Shown here piece by piece: positions 30,001 through 40,237 of a DNA stretch of 64,000 nt (positions within the stretch are counted from its first letter, which is position 1; the number at the start of each line of letters is the position of its first letter). The DNA comes from Eledone cirrhosa (lineage: Eukaryota), in the NCBI GenBank assembly GCA_964016885.1, contig OZ024753.1:21328001-21392000 (forward strand), given 5' to 3'. The notes beneath the pieces are model-generated. The model did not search any database. It saw nothing but the letters and a program-made list of their open reading frames with translations, and was not told the origin of the DNA. The position numbers and the translations under genes were made by a program.

Positions 30001-33000
30001 AAGAGACGGTTTGAGATTGGGCTATTAAGACAAGAGACAGTTTTAGACTGGACTAATAAGACAAAAGACAGTTTGAGACTGGGTTATTAAGACAAGAGAC
30101 TGTCTGAGCCTGGGCTATTAAAACAAGAGACAGTCTGAGACTGGACTGTTAAGATAAGAAACAGTTTGAGACTGGGCTATTAAGACAAGAGCCAGTTTGA
30201 GACTGGTCTATTAAGATAAGAAACAGTCTGAGATTGGTCTGTTAAATTAAGAGACAGTTTGAGACTGGGTTCTTAAGACAAGAGCCAGCTTGAGATTGGT
30301 ATGTTAAGACAAGAGACAGTTTGTGTCTAGTATGTTGAGACAAGAGACAGTCTGAGACTGGGCTATTTAGACAGCAGACAGTCTGTGACTGGTCTGTTAA
30401 GTCAAGAGACAGTTTGTGACTGGTCTATTAAGACAAGAGACAGTTCGAGTCTGGGCTTTTAAGACAAGAAGCAGTATGAGACTTGTCTGTTAAGATATAA
30501 GCCAGTTTGAGACTGGGCTATTAAGACAAGAGACAGTTTGAAACTGGGTTATTGAGACAAGAGAGAGTCTGAGGCTGTCTATTAACTTAAGAGACAGTCT
30601 GAGACTGGTCTCTTAAGATAAGAGACAGTGTGAGCCTGGTATGTTAAGACAAGATACAGTCTGAGAGTGGGCTATTAAGACAAGAGACAGTCTGCGACTG
30701 GTCTGTTAAGTCAAGAGACAGTTTGCTACTGTTCTATTAAGACAAGAGACACTTTGAGACTGGGCTATTAAGACAAGAGACAGTCTGAGACTGGGTTATG
30801 ACAACAAGAGACAGTCTGAGACTGGGTTATTAAGACAAGAACCAGTTTGAGACTGGTCTGTTAGCAAAAGAGACAGACTGAGACTGGTCTGTTAAGATAA
30901 GAGACTGTATGAGACTGGTCTTTTAAAACAAGAGACAGTTTGAGACTGGTCTGTTAAGATAAGAGACAGTTTCTAACTGGTCTATTAAGACAAGAGCCAG
31001 TTTGAGACTGGCCTTTTAAGATAAGAGACAGTTTGAGACTGGGTTATTCAGACAAAAGATAATTTGAGACTGGGTTATTAAGACAAGAGACAGTTTGAGA
31101 CTGGTCTGTTAATATAAGAGACAGTTTGAGACTGGTCTGTTAAGACAAGAGATTGTTTGAGACTGGGCTGTTAAGACAAGAGACAGTCTGAGACTGGTCT
31201 ATTAAGACAAGAGGCTGTCTGAGACTGGTCTATTAAGACAAGAGACAGTGTGCGACTGGTCTATTAAAACAAGAGACAGTCTGAGACTTGTCTGTTAATA
31301 AAGTGACAGTTTGAGACTGTTTGAGACTGGGCTATTAAGACAAGAGACAGTTTGAGATTGGGTTATTAAGACAAGAGACAGTTTGTGTCTCGTCTATAAA
31401 GACAAGAATTAGTTTGAGACTGGGCTATTAAGAAAAGAGCCAGTTTGAGAATGTTCTATTAAGACAGGAGATTATTTGAGACTGGGGTGTTAAGACAAGA
31501 GACAGTCTGAGACTGGTTTGTTAAGATACGAGACAGTTTGAGTCTTGTCTGTTAAGACAAGAGATATTTTGAGACTTGTCTTTTAAGTCAAGAGACAGTT
31601 TGAGACTTGTCTGCTAAGACGAAAGACAGTTTGAGACTGGGCTATTAAGACTAGAGACAGTATAAGACTGGTCTGTTAATATATGAGCCAGTTTGAGACT
31701 AGGCTATTAAGATAAGAGACAGTCTGAGACTGGTCTGTTAAGATAAGAGACAGTCTGAGACTGGTCTGTTAAGACAAGAGCCAGTTAGAGTCTGGTCTAT
31801 TAAGTCAAGAGACAGTTTAAGACTGGTCTATTAAGTCAAGAGACAGTTTATGACTGGTCTATTAAGGCAAGTGACAGTTTAAGACTGGTCTATTAAGACA
31901 GAGCCAGTCGGAGACTGGGTTATTAAGACAAGAGACAACTTGAGGCTGGTCTATTCATTTAAGAGACAGTCTGAGACTGGTCTATTAAGATAAGACACAG
32001 TTTGAGACTGGGTTATTGAGACAAGAGAGAGTCTGAGGCTGTCTATTAATTTAAGAGACAGTCTGAGACTGGTCTGTTACGATAAGAGTCAGTTTGAGAC
32101 TGGGCTGTTAAGACAAGAGACAGTCTGAGACTGGTCTACTAAGACAAGAGACAGTCTGAGACTGGTCTATTATGACAAGAGACAGTGTGCGACTGGTCTA
32201 TTAAAACAAGAGACAGTCTGAGACTGGTCTGTTAATAAAGAGACAGTTTGAGACTGTTTGAGACTGGGCTATTAAGACAAGAGACAGTCTGGGACTGGGA
32301 TATTCGGACAAGAGACAGTTTGAGACTGGTCTGTTAAGGTAAGAGACAGTTTCCGACTGGTCTATTAAGACAAGATCCAGTTTGAGACCGTGCAATTAAG
32401 ACAAGAGTCAGTTTCAGACTGGGCTATTAAGATAAGAGACAGTTTGGGACTGGGTTATTCAGACAAGTGACTGTTTGAGACTGGGTTATTAAGACAAGAG
32501 ACAGTTTTCAGGCTGGTCTGTTAATATAAGCAACAGTTTGAGACTGGTCTGTTAAGACGAGAGTCAGTTTGAGACTGGTCTATTAAGACAAGAGACAGTC
32601 TGAGACTGGTCTATTAAGATAAGAATCTGTCTGGGACTGGTCTGTTAAGATACGAGACAGTTTGAGTCTTGTCTGTTAAGACAAGAGATATTTTGAGACT
32701 GGTCTGTTAAGTCAAGAGACAGTTTGAGACTGGTCTGCTAAGACGAAAGACAGTTTGAGACTGGGCTATTAAGACTAGAGACAGTATGAGACTGGTCTGT
32801 TAAGATACGAGCCAGTCTGAGACTGGTCTGTTAAGATAAGAGACAGTCTGAGACTGGTCTAGTAATTTAAGAGACAGTCTGAGACTGGTCTCTTAAGATA
32901 AGAGACATTTTGTGACTGAGTTATTAAGACAAGAGCCAGTTAGAGTCTGGTCTATTAAGTCAAGAGACAGTTTAAGACTGGTCTATTAAGACAAGTGACA

Positions 33001-33357
33001 GTTTAAGACTGGTCTATTAAGACAGAGCCAGTCTGAGACTGAGTTATTAAGACAAGAGACAGTTTGAGACTGGGCTATTAAGACAAGAGACAGTTTTAAA
33101 CTGGTCTGTTAAGATAAGAGACAGTTTGAGACAGGGCTATTAAGATAATAGACAGTCTGAGACCGGTTTAAGATAAGAGCCAATTTGAGACTGGGCTATT
33201 AAGACAGGAGACAGTTTGAGACTGGTATGTTAAGACAAGATACAATTTGAGACTGGTCTGTTAAGACAAGAGACAGTTTGAGACTGGTCTGTCAAGACAA
33301 GAGATATTTTGGGACTTGGTTATTAAGACAAGAGTCAGTTTGAGACTGATCTATTAA
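1..33357. repeat. Satellite DNA array, 31-bp monomer (consensus ~AGACAAGAGACAGTTTGAGACTGGTCTATTA), roughly 1000+ copies, extends off the left edge
   Basis: TTTGAGACTG recurs at 31-bp spacing (e.g. 1081, 1112). One orientation throughout. Variant monomers recur in kb-scale blocks, and divergence increases toward the right edge. Confidence 0.98.
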
Positions 33358-33407
33358 CATAAAGAGCTAAAACAAAAGATTTACAATAACACCAATATTA
33401 TTGAACA

Positions 33408-33580
33408 GGGTATTGTAGAAGGTGTGACGCCATTCTTTGCAGCATAGTGTTTCGCGCCTTTATGGTCTGAGTTCAAACCCTGCCGAGTTTCACTTTGCCT
33501 TTCATCCTTACGGGGTCGATAAAATAATTTACCAGTAATATACTGGAATAATTGCTGGCCTTGTGTCAAAAATAGAAACA
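33408..33580 (+). mobile_element. tRNA-derived SINE (5'-degraded) at the satellite boundary
   Basis: B-box-like GAGTTCAAAC; body matches copies at 38900, 58058, 62591 and 63291; 11-bp TSD ATTATTGAACA at 33397-33407 and 33581-33591. Confidence 0.85.
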
Positions 33581-34075
33581 ATTATTGAACAAAGAAAAGA
33601 ATGAAGCAAATGCTGGTTGTCAGGGATTTATGTGAACATTAGACCTGTTAAAAAGACAGCCAAGCATCCCTCAAATAATATCCACTCTCTTAATCCAAAT
33701 GGTCCTGCATTTAGGGTACAAAACTATTCATTTTAAAATATTTATACTTATATATTAAATCCTTACATCATAATTTTATTTTAGAAAGATTTCTTAAATA
33801 ATGTTCTAAACACCAGCTTACTAATGATAAACTTAGTTATTTTATTAAATACTTCCAAATGTTTGATTATTTTCAAAATTAATTGAAACACATAAGCAAT
33901 GAATTTCTTTAGAAATATGTTTATGAAAGAGTTAAAAAAAGCAAAGAACACATCATATAATGTAGTCGTTAGATAATCCTAAATGTACAAGATGACTGCA
34001 GAATTTCTTTAAAGATAAACCTGCTTAGTCAATCTTGATTTGGAGCTAACCAACAACCCCAAAATAAGCTTTTAA

Positions 34076-34484
34076 CCCTTTCTTTACCATATTTCCAATG
34101 AAAAACACTTCTCATGTGTTTCATATAATTTTGAACATAACCAAAAGTTTAGATGGATTTCGTAAAATGCCGAACTTTCTCATTATTAAACGAATATTTG
34201 GAACATAACTTAAAGATTCTTACAAAAAATTATAAAGGAAAGTTAATTTTTATTTTAAAAAGTGGTCTCTAGACCTGACTTGTCTCATGACGGGACAACA
34301 TGTCTAACCCATGCAAGCATCGAAAATGGACGTTAAACGATGATGATGATTTTGTTATGATTTGGAAACCAGTTTAAAAATGGTAAAGTTAATTATATTA
34401 CTAAATCCCAAAAAATTCTTGATTATTTTCAAAATTAATGGAAAATCGTAAGCAGCATATTTCTTTTGACATATGACAAAAGGG
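34076..34484. mobile_element. TTAA-flanked piggyBac-type MITE (CCCTTT...AAAGGG termini) interrupted by an RTE tail
   Basis: TTAA-CCCTTT at 34072-34081 and AAAGGG-TTAA at 34479-34488; similar AT-rich bodies at 33800-33933, 42544 and 58420-58625. Confidence 0.55.
34270..34350 (+). mobile_element. RTE-clade 3' terminal fragment
   Basis: CTAACCCATGCAAGCATCGAAAATGGACGTTAAACGATGATGAT, the same 3' end as the other RTE copies in the window. Confidence 0.8.
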
Positions 34485-34884
34485 TTAAAGTGAAGTTATC
34501 GACTCAAACAAAATAAAGTTATATAAACATTCAGAAAAAGAAAGCAGCATTCGAAATGACTATAAATGCCATAAATGCGAGGAAAAGGAGGGGAAGAGGA
34601 GAGGGGGACAAACTTTACACTTAAGTCAGAGCAGTGTTTCGGCTGTGCCCCGTGGACAAAATGGCAAAGGCATTTCCGCAGACAATGGCCAGCAATACAC
34701 ACTGCAACAACCACCCCACTTTGCTGAGTTCCTTCCTCAGACAGGCTGCTATTAATCTAATTTTACAGAGAAGGACAGCTCACTTTAACCCTTTTGTTAT
34801 CATATATCAAATGAAATATGCTGCTCAGGATTTTCCATTAATTTTGAAAATAATTGAGAATTTTTAGGGATTTAGTAAAATAAT
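34393..34884. repeat. ~100-bp inverted repeat arms (34393-34493 / 34780-34884) around a 286-bp unique core
   Basis: AGCAGCATATTTC...CAAAAGGGTTAAAGTGA versus TCACTTTAACCCTTTTG...GAAATATGCTGCT. Confidence 0.8.
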
Positions 34885-35068
34885 ATTGTGTGATTTCAAA
34901 GTCAAGCTCAGAATATTTTGATCACTTCTGGCATGTTTGGTATCTTTATTTTCACTTCATTAATCATTAATCTTTCTAATCAATTATACTTTGACGCTTC
35001 AATTTCGAAATTGACGTTTAAAATTTTCAGTTTATAAAATTTTCAATTTTATTTTTACTTTCCCCCAG

Positions 35069-35205
35069 CTCTTTTATATCCTCCTCCTCCTCTTCCCCTT
35101 CCGCCTTTTCTTCCTCCTCCTCTTCCTCCTCTTTTCCCTCTTCCTCCTCTTCTTCCTCCTTCCCTTCTTCCTCCTCCCCCTCATTCCTCCTCCTCCTTCT
35201 TTTCC
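35069..35205. repeat. (CCT/CTT)n polypyrimidine low-complexity tract
   Basis: Read directly; it produces the poly-E ORF on the minus strand. Confidence 0.85.
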
Positions 35206-35599
35206 AACTTGTTCCTGGAAGAATCACAGGAGCCTGAGTCCTGAAACACTCTTTCCAGAGTGTCCTGTCAGAACCATCTCCAATTGATTCAGAGTGATCC
35301 CCCAAACGAGAGCAACTGAGCTCATCGATGTTATCCAACCATTTTGATCTACTCTTGTGTCTCCTGATGGTTTATTTATTTATTTATCCCTAACATTACT
35401 TTATTTTTTCCTTCTTTATTTATGTGAGGTGTTGGAGTTATTTTATTGTTATTTTATTGTTTGTTTGTTTTTCTAACTGGATCCCACTTCGAAATGTTTT
35501 TAATTATCCTTGCCTAAAGGGAACTACATACTTGCTATGTAGAATTACACAAATATTTATATTTGACTATTTTGGTGTTGTTTGTGTGCTATGATTCAC

Positions 35600-35880
35600 T
35601 AGTGTGTGGTTCAATGGTTAAAGTGATCCGTATATGATTTAAGGTCAGGAATTTTATTCCTGACAGTACATTGTGTCTTTGACACTTAATTTCACATTGC
35701 ACCTGTCCACTCAGCTGGTAAAAGTAAAACCAACCTTGTCACACATACTGTGTCATGTTGAATCTCCCTGAGAATTATATTAACTTTGCATGTATCTGTG
35801 GAATGTTCATCCAATTTACACATTAGTTTCATGAGCAAGCTATTCTGCTGTGAAAATAGGAGGGGCACTCATCATTGGAA
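35600..35880 (+). mobile_element. Old SINE-like element (second family)
   Basis: tRNA-like head (GTGGTTCAATGGTTAA...) followed by GTGTCTTTGACACTTAATTTCACATTGC...CCACTCAGCTGG, which resembles conserved central SINE domains. Heavily diverged. Confidence 0.5.
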
Positions 35881-36099
35881 CTAACAGACGTCAATATACC
35901 TGCATAAGTGTTTAGCTGACCTCTTATGTTGCATCACATTGGAAGTTTCTTAGATATTTTTCAATGATAGAGGTTCCAATCATATCATGTCTTGATGTTT
36001 CTGGTGACAAAAGGCAGGATTTGAACACAGAACACACGCAACCAGAACAAATGCTACAATGCTCCAATAATTCCATCAATTCACATATGAGCCTTGGAC

Positions 36100-36212
36100 T
36101 CATACATTATCAACTAAAAAAAATGAAAGACAAATTTAGCCTCAGAGGGATTTGAACTCAGTGCAGGGAACCAGAACAAATACTGCAAGGCATTTAACTG
36201 AAATCTCTAACA
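36100..36212 (-). mobile_element. Degraded SINE fragment
   Basis: ATGAAAGACAAA...GGATTTGAACTCAG is the reverse complement of the SINE B-box region seen in other copies. Confidence 0.55.
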
Positions 36213-36348
36213 TATATATGGTTGAGTACAATTAATAAAGCATCCATTTTTTCTTCTTTCTATGTGTTGAAAAATTTATACTTTTACATTATGATTTAAT
36301 ACCATTGAAAGTCACATAAAGACCTTACTGACTTCAGCATCACTTCCA

Positions 36349-36527
36349 TTACACTCAGCACATTGGAGTGATAACTCTCTATCTTACTCCAATACAAAGT
36401 TACACTCAGCACATTGGAGTGGTGTCTATATACCTTACTCCAATACAACGTTACACTCAGTACAGTGGAGTGGTGTCTATATACCTTACTCCAATACAAG
36501 ATTACACTCAGCACAGTGGAGTGGTAT
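36349..36527. repeat. 51-bp minisatellite, ~3.5 copies
   Basis: ACACTCAG at 36351, 36402, 36453 and 36504; internal inverted repeat ATTGGAGT/ACTCCAAT. Confidence 0.9.
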
Positions 36528-36821
36528 TATTACATTGCACTAGGCTTATGCAAGGACTTGCACTCAATGCTTGAAGCTAATATTAGTTACACAGTGCTTC
36601 CAATAACTTACAGACAGCAGTAAGTTGATTTTACTTATAGCATTCATATGATTAGATTGACTGGACTTGTAATATTTCACTCTTCTTCACCATGGACCCA
36701 GTGCAGTACTGGTAACAAGCTATGAAATATAGCTCTTTCATCTCACACTTTTGTAAGATATTGAACATTTTAATATTTTTTACATATTGATTCTATATTT
36801 ATGTTACTTTTTATATTCCAG

Positions 36822-37880
36822 GAGTATGAAACTGATGAAGCTGAAGATGAAGGGGAAAGTGAATCAAAGCCCCTTCTAGCATCAGAGGTGACCAATTGTA
36901 AAGATAATGACAGCAAGGAAAGCACCAAATCACCGGCGCAGTTTGGAAACGCATTGGCATTTGAGAATTTTCCCAATAATAATAATGCCAATACTACAGA
37001 AGAAAATGTCAACGAGGAACTAGCTGAGATAGTTTCTGAAGATGCTACAAGTATAAACCAAATACTAACACCTAATGCCAATATTGCATCACCAGAAATA
37101 GCCTGGCTAGAACAAGCAGTCGAAGATTCAACTCTAGGTTCAGTAACTGCTGGGCTGACTCAATCTGATTCAAGTTTGTCTTCTAGTAATAAGTTCTATT
37201 CTTATGGTACTGGTCAGTTAGAGTATGTATCCCCTTATCAGGGGCTGAATGGGGAGTATGCAAGCAGCAGTTCTATTAGCTCACCTTCTTCAGAAAAAAG
37301 TCCACATGTTTTCTACCAGCCTATTCCACCAGGAAAGATTGATGTCATCAACGTAAGAAATGATGGATCGAGCCATGTTTCACCTGCTTACAGAGACATC
37401 ATTGGCGATAATGTTCTTGATAACGAACAAGAAATCATAAATTTACATCCATCTCTGTTGGACAGTAACATTGATGAAACGTTACCGACTGACACTGAGA
37501 TTTTGATTGACAATATTGCTGATAATAAGGATTTGTGTACAGACAATAACAATCCCACAGATAACTTTAATGACATGCCTTGTAATATGGTTATCTCTTC
37601 TGAACAAGACAGCCAGAAAGAGAATTCAGACTCTTGTGTTGTAATGGATGTCGAGGGAAACTATACATCGACACATCCAATAAATGACTTTATTAGCTGC
37701 AATGTTTCTTCGGCAGCAAAACTTAACACCGAAAACCAACCCCAGATAGACACTGAAGAAGAAAACCCATGTGAACATAGCACCTCTTCACTACCTCCTT
37801 CCCCAACTTCCACAAGATCAACGCCGGCCATTATGGAAGCTTTACCCCCTATGGCACCTGGAGAATCAGAGATGCTTTAA
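36822..37880 (+). CDS. Large terminal coding exon of an unidentified host gene (acidic, Ser/Asn-rich, likely disordered C-terminus, 352 aa)
   Basis: 1059-bp open frame in non-repetitive sequence; acceptor TTACTTTTTATATTCCAG|GAG (phase 0); TAA at 37878-37880; AATAAA at 38028. The ORF-track ATG at 36801 is probably intronic. Confidence 0.8.
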   Translation, partial: EYETDEAEDEGESESKPLLASEVTNCKDNDSKESTKSPAQFGNALAFENFPNNNNANTTEENVNEELAEIVSEDATSINQILTPNANIASPEIAWLEQAVEDSTLGSVTAGLTQSDSSLSSSNKFYSYGTGQLEYVSPYQGLNGEYASSSSISSPSSEKSPHVFYQPIPPGKIDVINVRNDGSSHVSPAYRDIIGDNVLDNEQEIINLHPSLLDSNIDETLPTDTEILIDNIADNKDLCTDNNNPTDNFNDMPCNMVISSEQDSQKENSDSCVVMDVEGNYTSTHPINDFISCNVSSAAKLNTENQPQIDTEEENPCEHSTSSLPPSPTSTRSTPAIMEALPPMAPGESEML

Positions 37881-38027
37881 TCTCAATTCATTTCCATATT
37901 AATTAATATCTTGTAAAAAAGATTAACCTATATTCAATATGTTCTCATCTCCCTCCTCCTTCTCCCTTATCTAACTTGTGTGTGTAGTGTGTATGTGTTA
38001 TATTTCCCTACAAAAATGACTAGAGTA

Positions 38028-38033
38028 AATAAA
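38028..38033 (+). promoter_or_regulatory. Candidate polyadenylation signal AATAAA
   Basis: About 150 bp after the stop codon of the terminal exon; common by chance in AT-rich DNA. Confidence 0.4.
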
Positions 38034-38142
38034 ATGTAGGATATGACATGTACATAATCACATTACTATAAAACATACAAGATTGTTGAGACTTCCAAGT
38101 ATTCAAGTATTGGGTTGCTTTTCCAAACATAGCACATCACCA

Positions 38143-38350
38143 TATATATATATATATATGTGTGTGTGTGGGGGTGGGGGTGTGGGGGTGTGGAGGTCTG
38201 TGTGTGTGTGCATGTGTATTATATAATATATATATATTATATATTATATATATATATAATATATTATATATATAATATATATATTATAAATGTAATATAT
38301 ATATATAACATATATAAGATACTATATATATATATATATATATACATACA
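38143..38350. repeat. Compound (TA)n/(TG)n microsatellite
   Basis: Read directly. Confidence 0.9.
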
Positions 38351-38899
38351 TGATTTACAAATCATATACGGGGTGGGGATAAAAGAATACATTATTTTAA
38401 TTCTAGAAACTACTTCAACAACATTTAAAAACCAACAACAACAATATTAATAGCAACAACAAACATAAAAAACAACTTGAAAAACAATTATGGTTAAAAA
38501 TCAATATTCCATTCTATCATTTCTTGAATTGTTCAACCATTTCTTAAAATTCCACATTATCATGCTTCTGTGTTATTTTTTCTTTGTCTTTTCTGAGGAA
38601 AGATTTCAACAATAATGTTGTTGAGTTTTTGTGTGTGTATGATTATATATGTATATATATATATAACAACCAACCTGTTGTACCAATTGCTGGAGTACAA
38701 TGGATTATTAACAATGTATTAACAGTATTATCTGAGACAAGGGCAGAAAAGAGAGACACAAGGAAATTGTCCTGGTTAGATGTTATGAGATGTCACGTGA
38801 TGCTATGTCATGTGATGTCATGTTATTTCGGCAATGACAACTCAACTGCTTTGAAGCGTATTAATAGTATTATTTGACATGGCAGTGGATTATTTGACA

Positions 38900-39087
38900 A
38901 GGGCGGTGGATTGGCAGTATCGGTAGAGAGTCGGACACCATGCTTTGAAGCATAGAGTTACGTCCCTTTATGATCTGAGTTCAAATCCCGCCGAGGTTAA
39001 CTTTGCCTTTCATCCTTACGGGGTCGATAAAATAAAGTACCAGTAATGTACTGAGTAATTGCTGGCCTTGTGCCAAAAGTAGAAACA
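38900..39087 (+). mobile_element. Full-length tRNA-derived SINE
   Basis: A-box-like TGGCAGTATCGG, B-box GAGTTCAAATC, 3' end AGAAACA(ATTATT); TSD ATTATTTGACA at 38889-38899 and 39088-39098. Confidence 0.9.
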
Positions 39088-39103
39088 ATTATTTGACATG
39101 GCA

Positions 39104-39235
39104 ATTCTTTGGAACATATAGTTACTGTTCTTTATGTTCTGAGTTCAAAATTCTGTTGAGGTTAGCTTTGCCTTTCATCATTACAAGGTTGATAAAATAA
39201 AGTACCAGTAACATACTGGGGTTGATTTAATCAAC
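39104..39235 (+). mobile_element. Older related SINE fragment
   Basis: CTGAGTTCAAAATTCTGTTGAGGTTAGCTTTGCCTTTCATC...GATAAAATAAAGTACCAGTA. Confidence 0.75.
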
Positions 39236-39754
39236 AAAAATTGTTGAAACCATTTTTTGACATAAGGCCAAAAAAGGGAGGCACAAGAAATTGTCTTATC
39301 TAGATGATTATGGGAGGTCATGTTTTTTTATCAATACTTTGTTTTGTTTAAAATATTTGAAGCTGGAGAGCAAGGAATGGCTTCTTTGTCAGTATCAAGT
39401 TCTTTTGTTATTCTTAGTGGGATGCGCTGAATTGATAATTTTGTTTCCTCCACTAAGAGAGTTTCTGGTCGTAGCAAAAATCAAAGTTATTTGATCTTTA
39501 ATGATATTGAACTCTTTATATGTTTATCATATTGTCCTTTAATCATATTAAATCATTGTAATAATAATCATGCTGGAACATCACCATCACGAAATAGAGA
39601 TAGGTGTAGAAATGAGACATGAATTGGCCTTTAAATTACAGTAAAAGGGCCCAGTGTGTAAAGAACTGTTTTTCTACCCGTGTTCCCCATAATCCTTGAG
39701 TTCTGCAAGAAACAGAAAAATAGATATTAATAATTGTATACAATCATTTTTACA

Positions 39755-39822
39755 CAGGGATTCCCTGAAACATGAATACTATTTCAAGGGTTCCACAAGG
39801 GTAAAAAGGTTGAGAAACGATG
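39755..39822. mobile_element. hAT (Charlie-like) DNA transposon terminal fragment
   Basis: ...AAGGGTTCCACAAGGGTAAAAAGGTTGAGAAAC resembles the CAGTGTTTCTCAACC-type hAT terminus; no partner end found. Confidence 0.4.
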
Positions 39823-39854
39823 GTGTAAAGCATTACATTACTGGCTCATAGGTT

Positions 39855-40175
39855 GAGGGCAGGCCCATGTAAGGGTAGCAATAGGCCCTGGCCAGATGTG
39901 AAATATAAGCTCATAAAGCAGATAATAGGCTTAGGCCTAAGCCCGATCTGAAATGTAGGCCCTCCAAACAAAGCAGATGTAAAAATTAGCCCGCCCCCCT
40001 CCCCCAAGCCAGATGTGAAATGTAGGCCCAATTTAAGTATTTTAATACTTAGTACTAAATACAAATGATATGTCTAAGGTTTACAGGTGTGTACAAGAAC
40101 TAAACATTGAGGGGAATAGGTCCTTCAAAATCATAGACCCATGCCAACTAGCCTAGTTGGGGGCTCAAATCTGCT
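39855..40175. repeat. Possible non-autonomous DNA element with three GCCAGATGTGAAATGTAGGCCC-like subrepeats
   Basis: Subrepeats near 39890, 39940 and 40008; termini not resolved. Confidence 0.35.
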
Positions 40176-40237
40176 ACAGGCATTATATTGTATTTCTTGG
40201 AGAGGAGGAAAAGAAGAACATTTAAATTTAACTGCTT

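Noticed and set aside
1623-32395. Repeated 64-78 aa minus-strand ORFs in the satellite
   Set aside because: Chance stop-free stretches replicated by higher-order duplication.
1-33357. CRISPR-like array (31-bp palindromic repeat)
   Set aside because: Monomers are head-to-tail with no unique spacers, there are no cas genes, and the context is eukaryotic.
35027-35338. Acidic poly-E protein ORF
   Set aside because: Non-ATG start and a low-complexity tract; not supportable as a gene.
38900-38995. tRNA gene
   Set aside because: The A/B boxes belong to a multi-copy SINE; there is no cloverleaf.
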